Below, one piece after another: positions 1 to 13,247 of a stretch of DNA of 64,000 nucleotides. Each line of letters begins with the position of its first letter. The stretch's first letter is position 1. Made by a program: the position numbers and the translations under genes. This DNA comes from Selaginella moellendorffii (Eukaryota; Plantae; Lycopodiophyta): positions 630,859-694,858 of the forward strand of contig NW_003314307.1 in the NCBI RefSeq assembly GCF_000143415.4. Direction: 5' to 3'. The notes under the pieces are model-generated. The model worked only from the letters and a program-made list of their open reading frames with translations, did no database searches and was not told the DNA's origin.

Positions 1-401
1 GGCCCACAGGCCCGACCACTAAGTCCCATAGTCCTCTGGGACTTCCTCACCACACGACTGTGTCCTTGGTCACTACCCCAGAGGACTGCTCCTCTTCCTT
101 TCCACAGTCTGGGCCTTTGGGACAACATTTCGGAACACCGTGGCCTTACGCGAGCCACCTGGGTACTCTCCCCGCCTTCCGCCCTTGGGTGCTCTAGCCA
201 TGGGCTTAGAGCGAGGTTCCGTTGAGCCACGCCTGGTATCCAAGTAGGTAGTGCCACCCACACTTGGATTGGGAGCATCGGCCAGTCAATCTCCCAGGGG
301 AACTAGAGCCGGCTCTTGAACACTTCACCAAGCTACCCCGCTTGTCGGTCCGTGTTCACTCTAGTCTTGGACTTCCCAGTGGTCAGCTCATCACCCAACA
401 C

Positions 402-1389
402 TGGGTCTGGCCTTCTTGGGCCAAACTGGCCTTTCCTGGCCAAACTAGCTCCACTGGGCTCCAACCCCCACACTCTCCCTACTATACTTTTGGAACCCCC
501 CGCAGCCCCCCCCCCCCTGGGGGACAATCGCTTTGGGCTTTCACCCAACTGCCTGTATTAGTATTCGGACTCAGACTCGGGCTCGAACTTGGACTCAGAC
601 TCGGGCTCGAACTTGGACTCAGACTCGGTCTCGGTCCCGGTTTCGGACTCGGTCTCGGTCTCGGCCTCGGTCTCGGCCTTGGTCTCGGCCTCGGTCTCGG
701 TTCCATCTCGGACTCCATCTCGGACTTCATCTCGGGTCCATCTTGGACTCCATCTCGGACTCCATCTCGGGTCCATCTCGGACTCCATCTCGGACTCCAT
801 ATCGGACTCCACTTCGGGTCCATCTCGGACTCCATCTCGGACTCCATATCGGACTCCACTTCGGGTCCATCTCGGACTCCATCTCGGACTCCATATCGGA
901 CTCCATATCGGACTCCATTTCGGGTCCATCTCGGACTCCATATCAGACTCCACTTCGGGTCCATCTCGGACTCCAACTCAGGTCCGCCTCGGACTCCATC
1001 TCGGACACTTCCACGTGTCATGTGTTGGTCCTTTTTGGGTCCCTTTTTGGAGCCTTGCTTATTGGTTGCCTCGTGCTTACTCCTCGAGCACTTTGTTGGG
1101 AGTTCCACTCCCCCTCTCGACCTTCCAAGTCGGAGCTTTTAGTCCAAACGTGTTATGCTCGTTTGGCTTTCGCTTCGGCCACTACCACGTGGCACCCTTT
1201 CCGGCTCCACTTTGGGGCCTAGGGATTTTGTGTCTCACAGTTTGGCACCGTTCCTACGTTCAGTGACCCAAGGCCCTGAACCTTGGGTTCCTATGGACAC
1301 GTGGCACAAAGAGGGTTTAGGTTCCGCTTCGTGGTGTTATCCAATGGTAAATCACCATATGATAAAGGGTCAAAACCACGTGCGCTATA
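402..1389 (+). mobile_element. LTR-retrotransposon LTR variant (U5 end at 1389) containing a tandem array; left boundary not resolved
   Basis: 1240-1389 is the reverse complement of the start of the LTR at 12095 (ends ...aaaccacgtgcgctata versus ...gcgctaca). 470-560 matches the LTR block ccctactatac..ttggaaccccc..gctttgggctttcacc. Confidence 0.7.
565..1010. repeat. GC-rich tandem minisatellite (CTCGGY hexamers grading into ATCTCGGACTCC 12-mers with higher-order variants)
   Basis: Directly visible units atctcggactcc, atatcggactcc, acttcgggtcc. The array explains the low-complexity ORFs in all frames. Confidence 0.95.
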
Positions 1390-2011
1390 GCTATTGATGA
1401 AATATGCTTTACCTAGTTAGAGAAATTCATTTTTTAGCTGCTAATATAGAACATGATGGTGTTTTTCTTACATCTAAATTCATAATTTAAAAACATTCAA
1501 TATTTAATAAGTTTTAAAGTTGTCTTAGAGACTAACTTCTAGAACTGGGATGAATGCCCAAAGTGAGGTTTTATATGGGGAGCAAGGTTAAATTAAGGGG
1601 GTTCCAAATGTGTAGTAGGAATAATGGGTAGGTTAGGTATAGTTGACTAATTTAAGATATTGTTTAGCTCCCTACTAGCCATATTTGTTCTTACTCTACA
1701 TATGGCTTGAGTTTAAGCCCAAACTTTATATTAGGCCATTAGTATATTGAAATAGCTCTAGACTCTATTTAGCTCTAATTTCCATGTTAGTTTTGGCATT
1801 GAGATGTCAAATGTTCAATATGTTTTTATTCTTTTGCTCTTTGATTGTATGATTGGGAGTTTGGCTTTGTCTCTTTGTTAGTGGCTAAGGCTTTGAAACT
1901 TAAGCCTCACTGCATTGCCCTTGACACATAGGTCTAAGGGATAGAATCTGTTATATGGTTATCTTATAGTAATTCACTAAAGTGTCAAAGGTGAAAACTA
2001 CATACACTATA
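1390..2011 (+). mobile_element. Decayed, 5'-truncated LTR of the same family
   Basis: 1390-1430 matches the reverse complement of 20700-20740. ggggttccaaatgtgtagtagg at ~1597. Eroded U5 end aaactacatacactata at 2011. Heavily transition-mutated. Confidence 0.65.
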
Positions 2012-4499
2012 AGATGTATCATTTCTTTAAAAGGTCTTAAGTAAACTAGTGAAGCCCATTGAGATGCTATCCCACTTATTCTTGGGTACACATATAGTAT
2101 GAGAGAGGCCAAGTAAATTTTTGATGATCAACTTTGACTGCTTGACAAGTCAAACAATCACATACATAATTCTCAACATTATAACCAAAATAAACTAATC
2201 AAATTGGTTACTGACAAGTTCATAAGTTATGTCCAACTAGAATATTGTATTCTTGGTAGTTGTGTATTATCTTTGCACAAGCCCTCTAGATCAAAAAGAT
2301 AAATAACACTTATATATGCCCCATAATAAGCTTCAAGTGAGTAGTAATATTGAGTGTAGGATTGCATATGTTTTTTTCAAAACATGTTAGTTGCAACTAT
2401 ATAAACACATAGAATATTGATCATTTGCCAACCAAAGCAATAAAAGTCTTTATAACAAACTTCACAACTCAAATATGGTTCTCTAAGTGAATTTCTAATA
2501 TTGTCATATCAACTAAATGAACAATGTAATGCTTCACAGATCCCCAATCATGCTTTTCATGTTCAATGCTATTTCTTCTACCAAGGTTTGTTAAAACCTA
2601 TCAATAATCCATATAGAACTTATTCCCCAAATGTATGGATCTCCAGAAATTGATGAAGATTCAAATCAAACAAACTATCCCTTCTAGAACTGATGCATGC
2701 AACTTATAATTTTTACCCTCACTCTTATAATACATAATTTATATTTTCCAATTCAATGCAATCATGTGGAGCTCATGCAAATAGCATTGGCCTTGACCAC
2801 ATTTTGCAACTTTGAAGCAAAATTGAATAAAATATTCTAGATTATTCTAAAATGAGTAGAATATTTTTAGATTATTCTAGTTGAAGGGTGTTGAAAAGAT
2901 TAAGGGTACTTTTGTAATATTTAAAATTTATTTTTAAAAATCCAGAGGAAAATTTATAATTTTGCAAAGTTTGAAGGTATAAGTGCAATTTTCCCTATTA
3001 AATTATATAGGAAGATTGTCCCTACCAATGATTTAGTGCTTGGACATAGTTATTTCCATTGCTAGCTTCCCAAGTGAACATTCATTTCTTAGTGTGTTGG
3101 TTACTATTTAAAATACATTGACTTTACTATAATGATACCATTTGATTCAATATATACTAGTGATATCAAATGGAGGTTGTGAGTAAGAGTCCCCCATATG
3201 GTTAATAGTGTGGTTAAGTGATTAAAGTAGAATCGATAATTTAGTTGTTTATAACTTAGTATTGGAGTTGTTCTTTAATCCAACTCTTATTAGTAGTCAA
3301 GTATATCACCATTTGATATTAGCATCGGAAGGTCCCAGAAGTGGATTTATGGAGTAGCATGTCAGGAAAGTATGACTTTCCACTTGAGTTTATATGTGAA
3401 TGTGTAGGCAATGTGGTGGATAGAAAGGGGCTAATAAAAGAATGACTTTTGTATCTTATGAAAAATAAAAGGTTTTGGAGTTAATTAGATTTGCCAAGAC
3501 TATTTCTATAGATAATAAACTTTTTATACATTATATAATTAATAAAAGAACATATTTTTCATTTTATATATTTGCAAGTGTTCTTTTTGTAATATTGCTT
3601 GTAATACTTATGTATTTCCATTTTTGTTTTTACCATCTTGAAAAATATTTCATAGTAATCTTTCAAGGGTATGATGTTGTAGTGTGTTATGAGAGCATAT
3701 ATGCCATTATATTGATTGTTGGTATTATTTCCCCTAGAAGATAGAAAAAATAAAACATTTTCTAAAAGTCACGAAATTGTAATTTTCAAAAAAAGTAGGA
3801 GGGCATTCTTTTGTACCCAATTTCTTACACCTTTTATCATTACATTTATCTTCAACTCATAATTACTATCTTATTTTTATATTTTTTGTATGGTTTTGTT
3901 GTATTATGCAATAGAATTGTTATTGCAACTCCTAACCCTTGAATTACTACTCTACAAAGAAAGATTACAAGACTTGAAACTATAAACCACAAACAAATCC
4001 CTTGAGATTGTATTTCAAAGAAGAACTAAGTTTCTCCTTTATATGTAGCAAGTTTATATCAATGATTATTTTTTCTACCTTTCAAATGGTTACATGGCCT
4101 TTTAAAAGAATCTTATTTCAAATTTAAATATTTTCAAAGACAACCTTAACATTTAGAAGTTAGAAAACACATAGTACAAATTTTAAGAAAGTGATAAGAT
4201 TACTTTTTCTGCAAATAAAACTTATCTTATTTTATATTCTGACAAATCTACCTATTATAGCATATAGTAAATATTTAAATTCTTGGACAAAGAGTCTCCT
4301 CTAGAAATTGTTTATCCATAATCCATAATATTTAAAATTTATAATATTGTATTAAACTACAATTGAAAATTGAGTTTAACTCACAAGCTCAACTCTTTAG
4401 CTCATGAGCTCAAAATAGTCTGTGCTAATGTAGAAAAACTTCTTCATATTGCAATTACATGAGCTTGCTACTATATTTCCATGTCTTAAATATGGATGC

Positions 4500-4860
4500 A
4501 ATAGCATACTCATGTGGTGAATATATTAACACAGTCTTACTTATGCTTAAAAATTGGATTTCCTTGTACTTACATAGTTACAAAAATCTTATATAAGAAA
4601 GAGCATATACAAGTTTATATTGATATATGCTATTTGTTTGATTATTATTGCAAAACAAATGTAGGTGTGCTTTATACTATTAATAATGATCATTTTGGAA
4701 ATAAATGATATATCACCACCAAAGGCTCATATATCTTTGGGATGTCCATAAAAATTCAATTTTATACTAAAGATCTCAAGAAACTAAAACAAATTCTTTG
4801 TTGTAGATATTGTGGCAAATATGGTCATAACAGATGTATATGCACTACACCAGCTTGAAG
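4500..4860 (+). pseudogene. Mutator-like (MULE) transposase C-terminal remnant
   Basis: SWIM-like HVVNILTQSYLCLKIGFPC, then YIDICY..DYY, ISPP...GCP and a CRYCGKYGHNRCIC zinc knuckle (~4802-4843), in the order typical of MULE transposases. Broken by stop codons. Confidence 0.5.
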
Positions 4861-5050
4861 TCTTATAACTTTTTATTAATTTTCCTATCAATTTTGAGCT
4901 ATAAACATAATATAAAATGTTTTTTGTAATATCTAAACTTCACAAAAGCTCTTGTGAAAAATTTAAAAGTCATAGAGGCTTTTGCTCAACTAGGGACATA
5001 TTTCCAAAGAGGTAAATTTTAAGGGGCTTTTATATTATTTCCCCTAATCA

Positions 5051-6320
<1,270 letters not shown>

Positions 6321-6712
6321 TGTGTGTACCTAAAATATGGAAAAGGAATACAGGAAATGTGAATATCAATTAACCCAAAAACCCTAGTTTATATACAAAA
6401 GTGAGGTCCGAATTAAAATCAGTCCCTAGGTGTAAATTGAAACCAATCCGACAGTTACCAAAATCCCACTATGCTAATATTAGTATACGGCATCATAGTT
6501 GTACATTTGGACTTTACATCATTCCCTCCTCTCGAAATGATGGAAGACTGTTAGGGTTCTCTCATGGATGGGCCGGAATCTGGGAAAAACATCAAGAGGA
6601 GGCATCAGTGGATCTATAGGTGGTGCCAATTATTTTTAATCCCTTTGTATAAAGCATTTCAGCCACTGCACATGCACAATTTTTGGAGGAGCGACTTGCT
6701 GGATGTCAGCCG

Positions 6713-9529
6713 GGGGGTTCCAAATGTATAGTAGGGATGGGGATAGGTCGGGCATATTGACTAACCTATGGTATAGTTTAGCTTCCATTTGTGTGTTTAT
6801 CTTTGTTTTGCGTCCAAGTTGGGTCTAAGCCTAAGTTCCATACCATGTTAGTTGGTGGAGTACTCATATCCTTGCATTACGCCACCGATATGCTAAAATA
6901 GCGCCAAAACTCTATTTAGCTCCATTTTGCATGCTAGTCCTGGCATTGGGAGGTTGGATGCTCAAAGACTGTTCCAAATCGCTCCGCGCTCCTATTTTTT
7001 CGCTCCTTGGGCTGTACACTCGAGAGTCATTCTGTGCTCCAGTGTCAATACTCCTTGGCTCCATGCTTAGGAGTTTGGCACCGTTCCTTCGTTTAGTGGC
7101 CCAAGGATCTAAAACTTGAGTTCTGCACTATTGTCCTTGGACACATGGCATGTGACACGTGGCATATAACACGTGGCACATAGGGGGCTTAGGTTCTGCT
7201 TCATAGTTATCTTATGGTAAATCACCATAAAATAAAGTTTAAAAACCACATATGCTATATATAGTATCAGAGAAAATGGCACGGGTTTGATAGTGGCTAC
7301 TTAAAATATAATATACCCTTGAATAAGGTATATTCTTACCCTAAATTTAAAAATCATATGTATTGGGCATCCATGTGTACGTCCTTCCTTTTGTGGAATA
7401 TTTTAGACGAAGGTATCCACCATAGGACTATGGTATAGGTGGATGATTAATTGCCTCATATGGAATAGCTAGTCTACACAATAGAAGAACTGGTAGATTC
7501 AGTGTGGAAATGGAGGTATTAATTCCCCTTAGCTTAGAAGGGGTTGTTAGTCAATGATGAATGAGAACATTGACATTTCTTAAGGAGAGGGTGAGTGTTG
7601 TGAATGTGACTTCGAGTATTTTGACTGGTTGACAAGTATCTTTCAATACCCGAAGTCACATTTGTGATAGTGAGTGTAGCGCATATGATCATAGGATGAG
7701 ATTTGGATATACTGTCACCATAGATCTTTAAAACTTTAGGGGATAAATGAGAATAAAATAGCGACTAAGGGCTCTTTCATTAAGCAATTGCCTTTTTTCC
7801 AGTTGATTTAAGGGGAGAGAAATAAAGTGCACTACATGTGGTATTAAAGGATAAGTCTTAGCGAGTACTATCCAATGAGGTTGGGCAACTAGTCTCGTTG
7901 CATATGCAGAGATGAAAATGATGATCCAAGTGGGTACACGTTTGGATGTTAAGATTTCGCATTTGTTTCTTGGGTACGGATTTTTGTTACCTTTTTTGTA
8001 CCGTATTATGTGAGCTTGCTCTTGGGCTCATAAAAGGGATTAAGTTGTTTCATTTGCATGAGTTTGTGCTTGGGCTCGTGAATGAGGCACATTAGCAACT
8101 CAAAGCTACACTTTGAGTTGGCAGGATTAATGTTAGTCTATCAGTGGTTCTATGAGTTATTCCATGTACTGTTGGTGAAAGTAACCTTTCTTGGGTTTGC
8201 TATGAGTGGCAAGTAGGCTGGTCCGTAGCTATTTAGCACGACACTAGTAGATCCTTCTTAGGCATGATTATAAGTGGATTAATCAAAACTATAGAAATTA
8301 GTCTATTGGTTCAAATAGTCATTACCAAATGTATAGTAGGGATAGGGGTAGGTTAGGCATGCCCACCAACTTAAAGCATAGTTTAGCTTTCACTTGCATG
8401 CCTATCTTTGTTTTGCGTCCGGCTTGGATCTAAGCTTAAGTTCCATACCATTGTGGAGTACTTATATCTTCACATTAGGCCACCAGTATGCTGAAATAGC
8501 ACTAAACTCTATTTATCTCCATTTTATGTGCTGGTCTTGGCATTGGGATGCTAGATGCTCTAGAACTGTTCAAAGTCACTCTGTGCTCTTGTTCTTTCAC
8601 TCCTTGGGTTGTATGTTTGGGAATCATTTTGTGCTCTAGTGCCAATGCTCCTTGGCTCCATGCTTGGGAGTTTGGCACCATTTCTTCGTTTAGTGGCCCA
8701 AGGCCCTGAAACTTGGGTTTTGCACCACTGTCCTTAGACATATGGCATGTGACACATGGCATATAACACGTGGCATATAGAGGGTTTAGGTTCTGTTTCA
8801 TAGTTATAAATTGGTTCATAGAATAATTTACTGTTTTTTGAGATGGTAGATTATTTCTTTGACAATGATTCTACATCTCTCTATTGATGGGATTATTAAT
8901 GTTCTTTTATGATGGTTAGTTATTCTCTTTGATGACTTATGGCTTTTCGTAATACTATATGTTCTTTGTGATTTACTTTGGATTGGTCTCTTGGGTTTGA
9001 GACATTGATAGGTTGTTGCTGACACTTACTTAAGCAACTTGAGTTCCTTTATATTGTTAGCTAGAATTTATTCAAATTGGCCAGTGCGATGGTTGGTATG
9101 AGTGTTTATTTGCATTGCAACATTCATTCTGTTCTGTTGACTATTGTTATAGTTGGTTATAATAGGTTGAATGATATTACCTTTAGGTGATACATTTGCG
9201 AGCATCTTGCTTACCAGTCGATAATACTTTGTATTCTTTTAGTTGTCTTTTGTCAGTTGTTTAGCATGCTATTTGAAATCTTTGATAGTTAAGTTTTATC
9301 ATTGAGTTTTTTTTATGATACATTGGCTATTGAATTTTGTTAGATAGTAAATCCTATGCTTTTTAACTATAGTGATTTTAGTGGTTTTTATACTCTAATA
9401 TTGGTTTATCTGATGATAACTTATTTAAAATACTTTTATGTTCTAATCTAAGTTTTATTCATTGATAATTAAGTCTCTAAGATATCATTGTTTATGACTT
9501 TGATATTGTCCATCTATTAAGCTTTGAGT
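6713..9529 (+). mobile_element. Mosaic of plus-sense fragments of the non-coding LTR family: LTR 3' half 6713-7259, PBS 7262-7272, leader A, second U5/PBS/leader B ~7827-8320, LTR piece 8326-8810, internal piece 8820-9529
   Basis: Each block is the reverse complement of parts of 12095-20930, for example 7837-7950 versus 18100-18213 and 7680-7825 versus 12058-12094 plus 19362-19480. Confidence 0.8.
7596..7669. mobile_element. 74-bp mini-element made of two inverted LTR U3 termini, with 5-bp TSD GTGAG
   Basis: Left end TGTTGTGAATGTGACTTCGAGTATT. Right end reverse complement TATCACAAATGTGACTTCGGGTATTGAAAGATACTTGTCAACCAGTC. Both match the LTR start TGTCGCGAATGTGACTTCAGGTATCGAAAGTTACCTGTCGACCAGTC. 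GTGAG at 7591-7595 and 7670-7674. An empty homologous site lies at ~19480. Confidence 0.8.
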
Positions 9530-12094
9530 GCACACGAAGTGCCAAAGCCAGTCTATCTATACTAGCCCAAACTCAAAGATCAATATATGGACAATATCAA
9601 AGTTATAGACAATGATATCTTAGAGTCTTAATTATCAGTGATTAAATCTTATATTAGAACACAAAAGTATTCTAAATAGGTTATCATCCGATAAACCAAT
9701 ATTATAGTATAGAAACCACTAAGATTATCATAATTGGTAAACACAGGATTCACTATCTAACAAAATTCAATAGCAAGTATATCATCAAGCAAACTCAATG
9801 AGAAAACTTAACTACTAAAAATTGTAGACAGTATGCCAAACCACTTACTTAAGATAACTCAAAGAACATGAAGTATCATTGATTGGCAAGCAAGAGGCTC
9901 GCGAATGTATCACCCAAATGTAATAACATTCAATCTATTAGAACTAACTATAACAATACTCAACAAAACAAAGTGAATGCCGCAAAACCAATGAACACTT
10001 GTTTATGCCAACTATCGTACTAGTCAAACTCAATAGATCCCAATCAACAATATGGAGGAACTCAAGTTGCTTAAGCAAGTGTTAGCAATATTCTAATGAT
10101 GTCTCAAACCCAAAAGACCAATCCAGAGCAAACCACAAAAACATGTGGTATTGCAAAAAGCCATAAGCTATCAAAGAGAACAATTAACCATCACGAAAGA
10201 TCATTAATCCTCCCATCAATGAAGAGATGTATAATCATTGTTGAAGAAAGAATCTACCATTCCAAAAAATAGCAAATCATTTTAGATAAAAAATAATTAA
10301 GAAAAACTTTTGATAAGGATAATCAACTATCCTAGATGATAGTCAATCATCACCAATGATTGCCAGATGCAAACACTAACTTCAACATCGAAGCTAATAG
10401 GCAAAAAATGCCTTCCTTAACAACTTCTAACAAATGAAACAATAAACTTAAACTCAAAAAACCAAAAGTTCAAAGAAGTCTATAGCCAAGTCTTGCTTAA
10501 TAATGATCACAAGTCTTGCATAAACTAATTTCAATGCTAAAGAAGAAATCATGGTATAACTGACAACATCCTCTTCAATATATTCAAAAACCAAACTTTA
10601 TAATACAAAGCTAATGAAGAGTATATTTGCATCAATCCGAAAGCCAAGCACAACAAAGTTATGCCTAACAAATGATTATCAAATGATTCTCCATGAATCC
10701 ATCTATAGCAAAACGTAACTCACTTTATAACAAGTGTGAAAAGAATCATCAATGATCAATATATTTTAACTCAAATCCAATAAGGATTTAAATATTCCAA
10801 TATCAATCACTAGAACTAACGTTGTCTACGACTAAATCACTTTTTAAGGAAAAGCTCAAATCAACCCTACTAAACAATCTCGTTTAGAACACAACTAACT
10901 CAAACTTGCTACTCAGTTTGTTTGAACATTAATACAGTTGCTAACTAGCAAATGCACGAATGCCAATAACACAAAGCTACAACCACATTATCAACACTAT
11001 CTCTATTGAGACTAATGAAACTCAATATTAATCCTAAGGAAAGACATCTTATTTCACTTGAATCTCAACATCAATAATATCAATGACAAGGCATCACTTC
11101 AATGCCATCAACACTAGGGCAAAGCTAAAAGAAAGCAAGAATGAATCACCACTCAAACCTCTTTAGTAACTAAGTTAACCAAAGTCAAAGATACTATACT
11201 TAATATCTGAGACCAATTCTTCAACAATACTCAGTTACAGATAACATATTATCAAGGAGTGAATCACTACATCCAAGACTCAATGAAATCTAACACCACA
11301 GACTAAATGTAACCAAATAATATCGACAAAGGTAGAGTCGACATGCCAACATGGAAAACCATGCAAGACTAACAATACAATCCTCTGCAACACCATCCAG
11401 TAAAGTAAATTTATCACTACTAAATCATCATCAAGTGAAGCAAGTGTCAACAGTCCTTAACGAAGTTTAGAAGCAATTACTAGTTACAAAGTAACCAAAA
11501 ATCACTTTTCAACTTGCCTTCACAAGACCCAAACACTAAACTCACGTCATCGAGTCATATATTTATCCAACATGAACATAATACCCTAGGTACAAAATAA
11601 AAGTTCATGGACAAGCACGAATTAAATGACCACCCGAATCCAACTCAATCGCAATAAGTTCATTAATGCATCTAGCTAATAACTCTAAACATACCTTGAA
11701 GAGGCTAGCTATGCATGATCAACACTCAGTCAAAATTAAAGTGAAGACCATAAGATGGCCTCATATTGGTACACAACCTCCTTATAGACAAAGTTATAGT
11801 ACGAGTACTAACATCTTAACCTCAAACAACTAAGTTGGACATCACTATCCTCAGCCAAAGCACAAGACTATTAAGAGTAAATCAGGATCAGTGAGAGCTC
11901 ACTACTCTCATAGAGTTTAACAAAATGCAAGGTGCAACTTACCACCAAGCATAACGCTACAAAAGAAAAACACAAAAGGTCACCCTTCTTAGAGAAGTGC
12001 AATGGCCATTTTTTTACACCAACTCCAAACTCTATCCAACTCAATTACCTTATCCACACTTTATCTTTCTCCCCTTAAGCCAATTGGAAAAGGG

Positions 12095-13234
12095 TGTAGC
12101 GCACGTGGTTTTGACCCTTTATCCTATGGTGATTTACCATAGGATAACACCACGAAGTGGAACCTAAACCCACTTTGTGCCACGTGACAGATGCCACGTG
12201 TCACATGCCACATGTCCATGCCACGTGTCCATAGGAACCCGAAGTTCAGGGCCTTGGGCCGCTGAACGAAGGAACGGTGCCAAACTCCCAAGCATGGAGC
12301 CAAGGAGTGACGGAACCGAACCACGGAGCAACTCCCGAGCATAAAGCCCAAGGAGCGAAGGGGAGCCCGGAGCGACTTGGAACAGTCCTGGAGCAACCAG
12401 CATCCCAATGCCAGGACCAGCACACAAAACGGAGCCAAACGGAGTCTGGCGCTATTTCGGCATACCGGTGGCCTAACGTGAGGATATGGGTACTCCACCA
12501 ACTAGCATGGAATGGAACTTGGGCTTAGACCCAAGCCGGACGCAGAACAAGGACAGGCACGCAAGCGGGAGCTAGACTATGCCTCAGGTTGGTCGGCCAT
12601 GCCCGACCTACCCACTATCCCTACTATACATTTGGAACCCCCCACAGCCCCCCCCTTGAGGAACACACGCTTTGGGCTTTCACCCCAAGCCTCCCTTAGT
12701 ATCAGGAGTTAGTCTCTGGGACAAGCTCGAAACTTACTAAATATGGAATGTCCCTAGATTGCGAATTTGGACACGGGACGAACACCATTGTGTTCAGGAC
12801 GATCTCTACATTCTGTAGATATGCCAAATGAGCAATTCTGGACACTTTCCATAAATAGTATTTGGGACCGAAATGAGACTAACACAAAGGGCATGATAGC
12901 GAGGGTGTTTGGCAGACACGGTAAGGTATCATCTGGCGATATTGAGGGACCAATCTCAATACGCGAGGGTTCTTGTCACTAGCCAGTGCAAGACATAATG
13001 AGACGGGAACTCCTTACCGGGCTAAGTATGCTTAGCTAATAACACGTAGGAATTCTGTCCTTATGCTCGTCCGGTCTAAGTACACTCGAAATGCCCAGTT
13101 AACTCCACTAGCACAAGAGGGACTGATAAAGGGTCCAGCAATACCGACCTCCTGCCATCGTGGCAGTAAGGTAAGAGTGTCCGTAAGGACTGGTCGACAG
13201 GTAACTTTCGATACCTGAAGTCACATTCGCGACA
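12095..13234 (-). repeat. 3' LTR (1140 bp)
   Basis: Direct repeat of 18214-19356. Confidence 0.97.
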
Positions 13235-13247
13235 CTCTCCCCCCCTT
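13235..13247 (-). other. Polypurine tract
   Basis: All-purine run (AAG-rich G tract ending AGAG) on minus, immediately before the 3' LTR. Confidence 0.9.

Noticed and set aside
264-1266. Overlapping 130-290 aa ORFs, and a possible CRISPR-like array
   Set aside because: Produced by a 6/12-bp tandem repeat with no unique spacers, in eukaryotic LTR context.
3475-3744. 89-aa hydrophobic ORF
   Set aside because: T-rich decayed transposon-like DNA, non-ATG start, no motif.
12124-12982. Short ORFs duplicated at 18243-19104
   Set aside because: They recur only because the LTRs are near-identical; no protein motifs.
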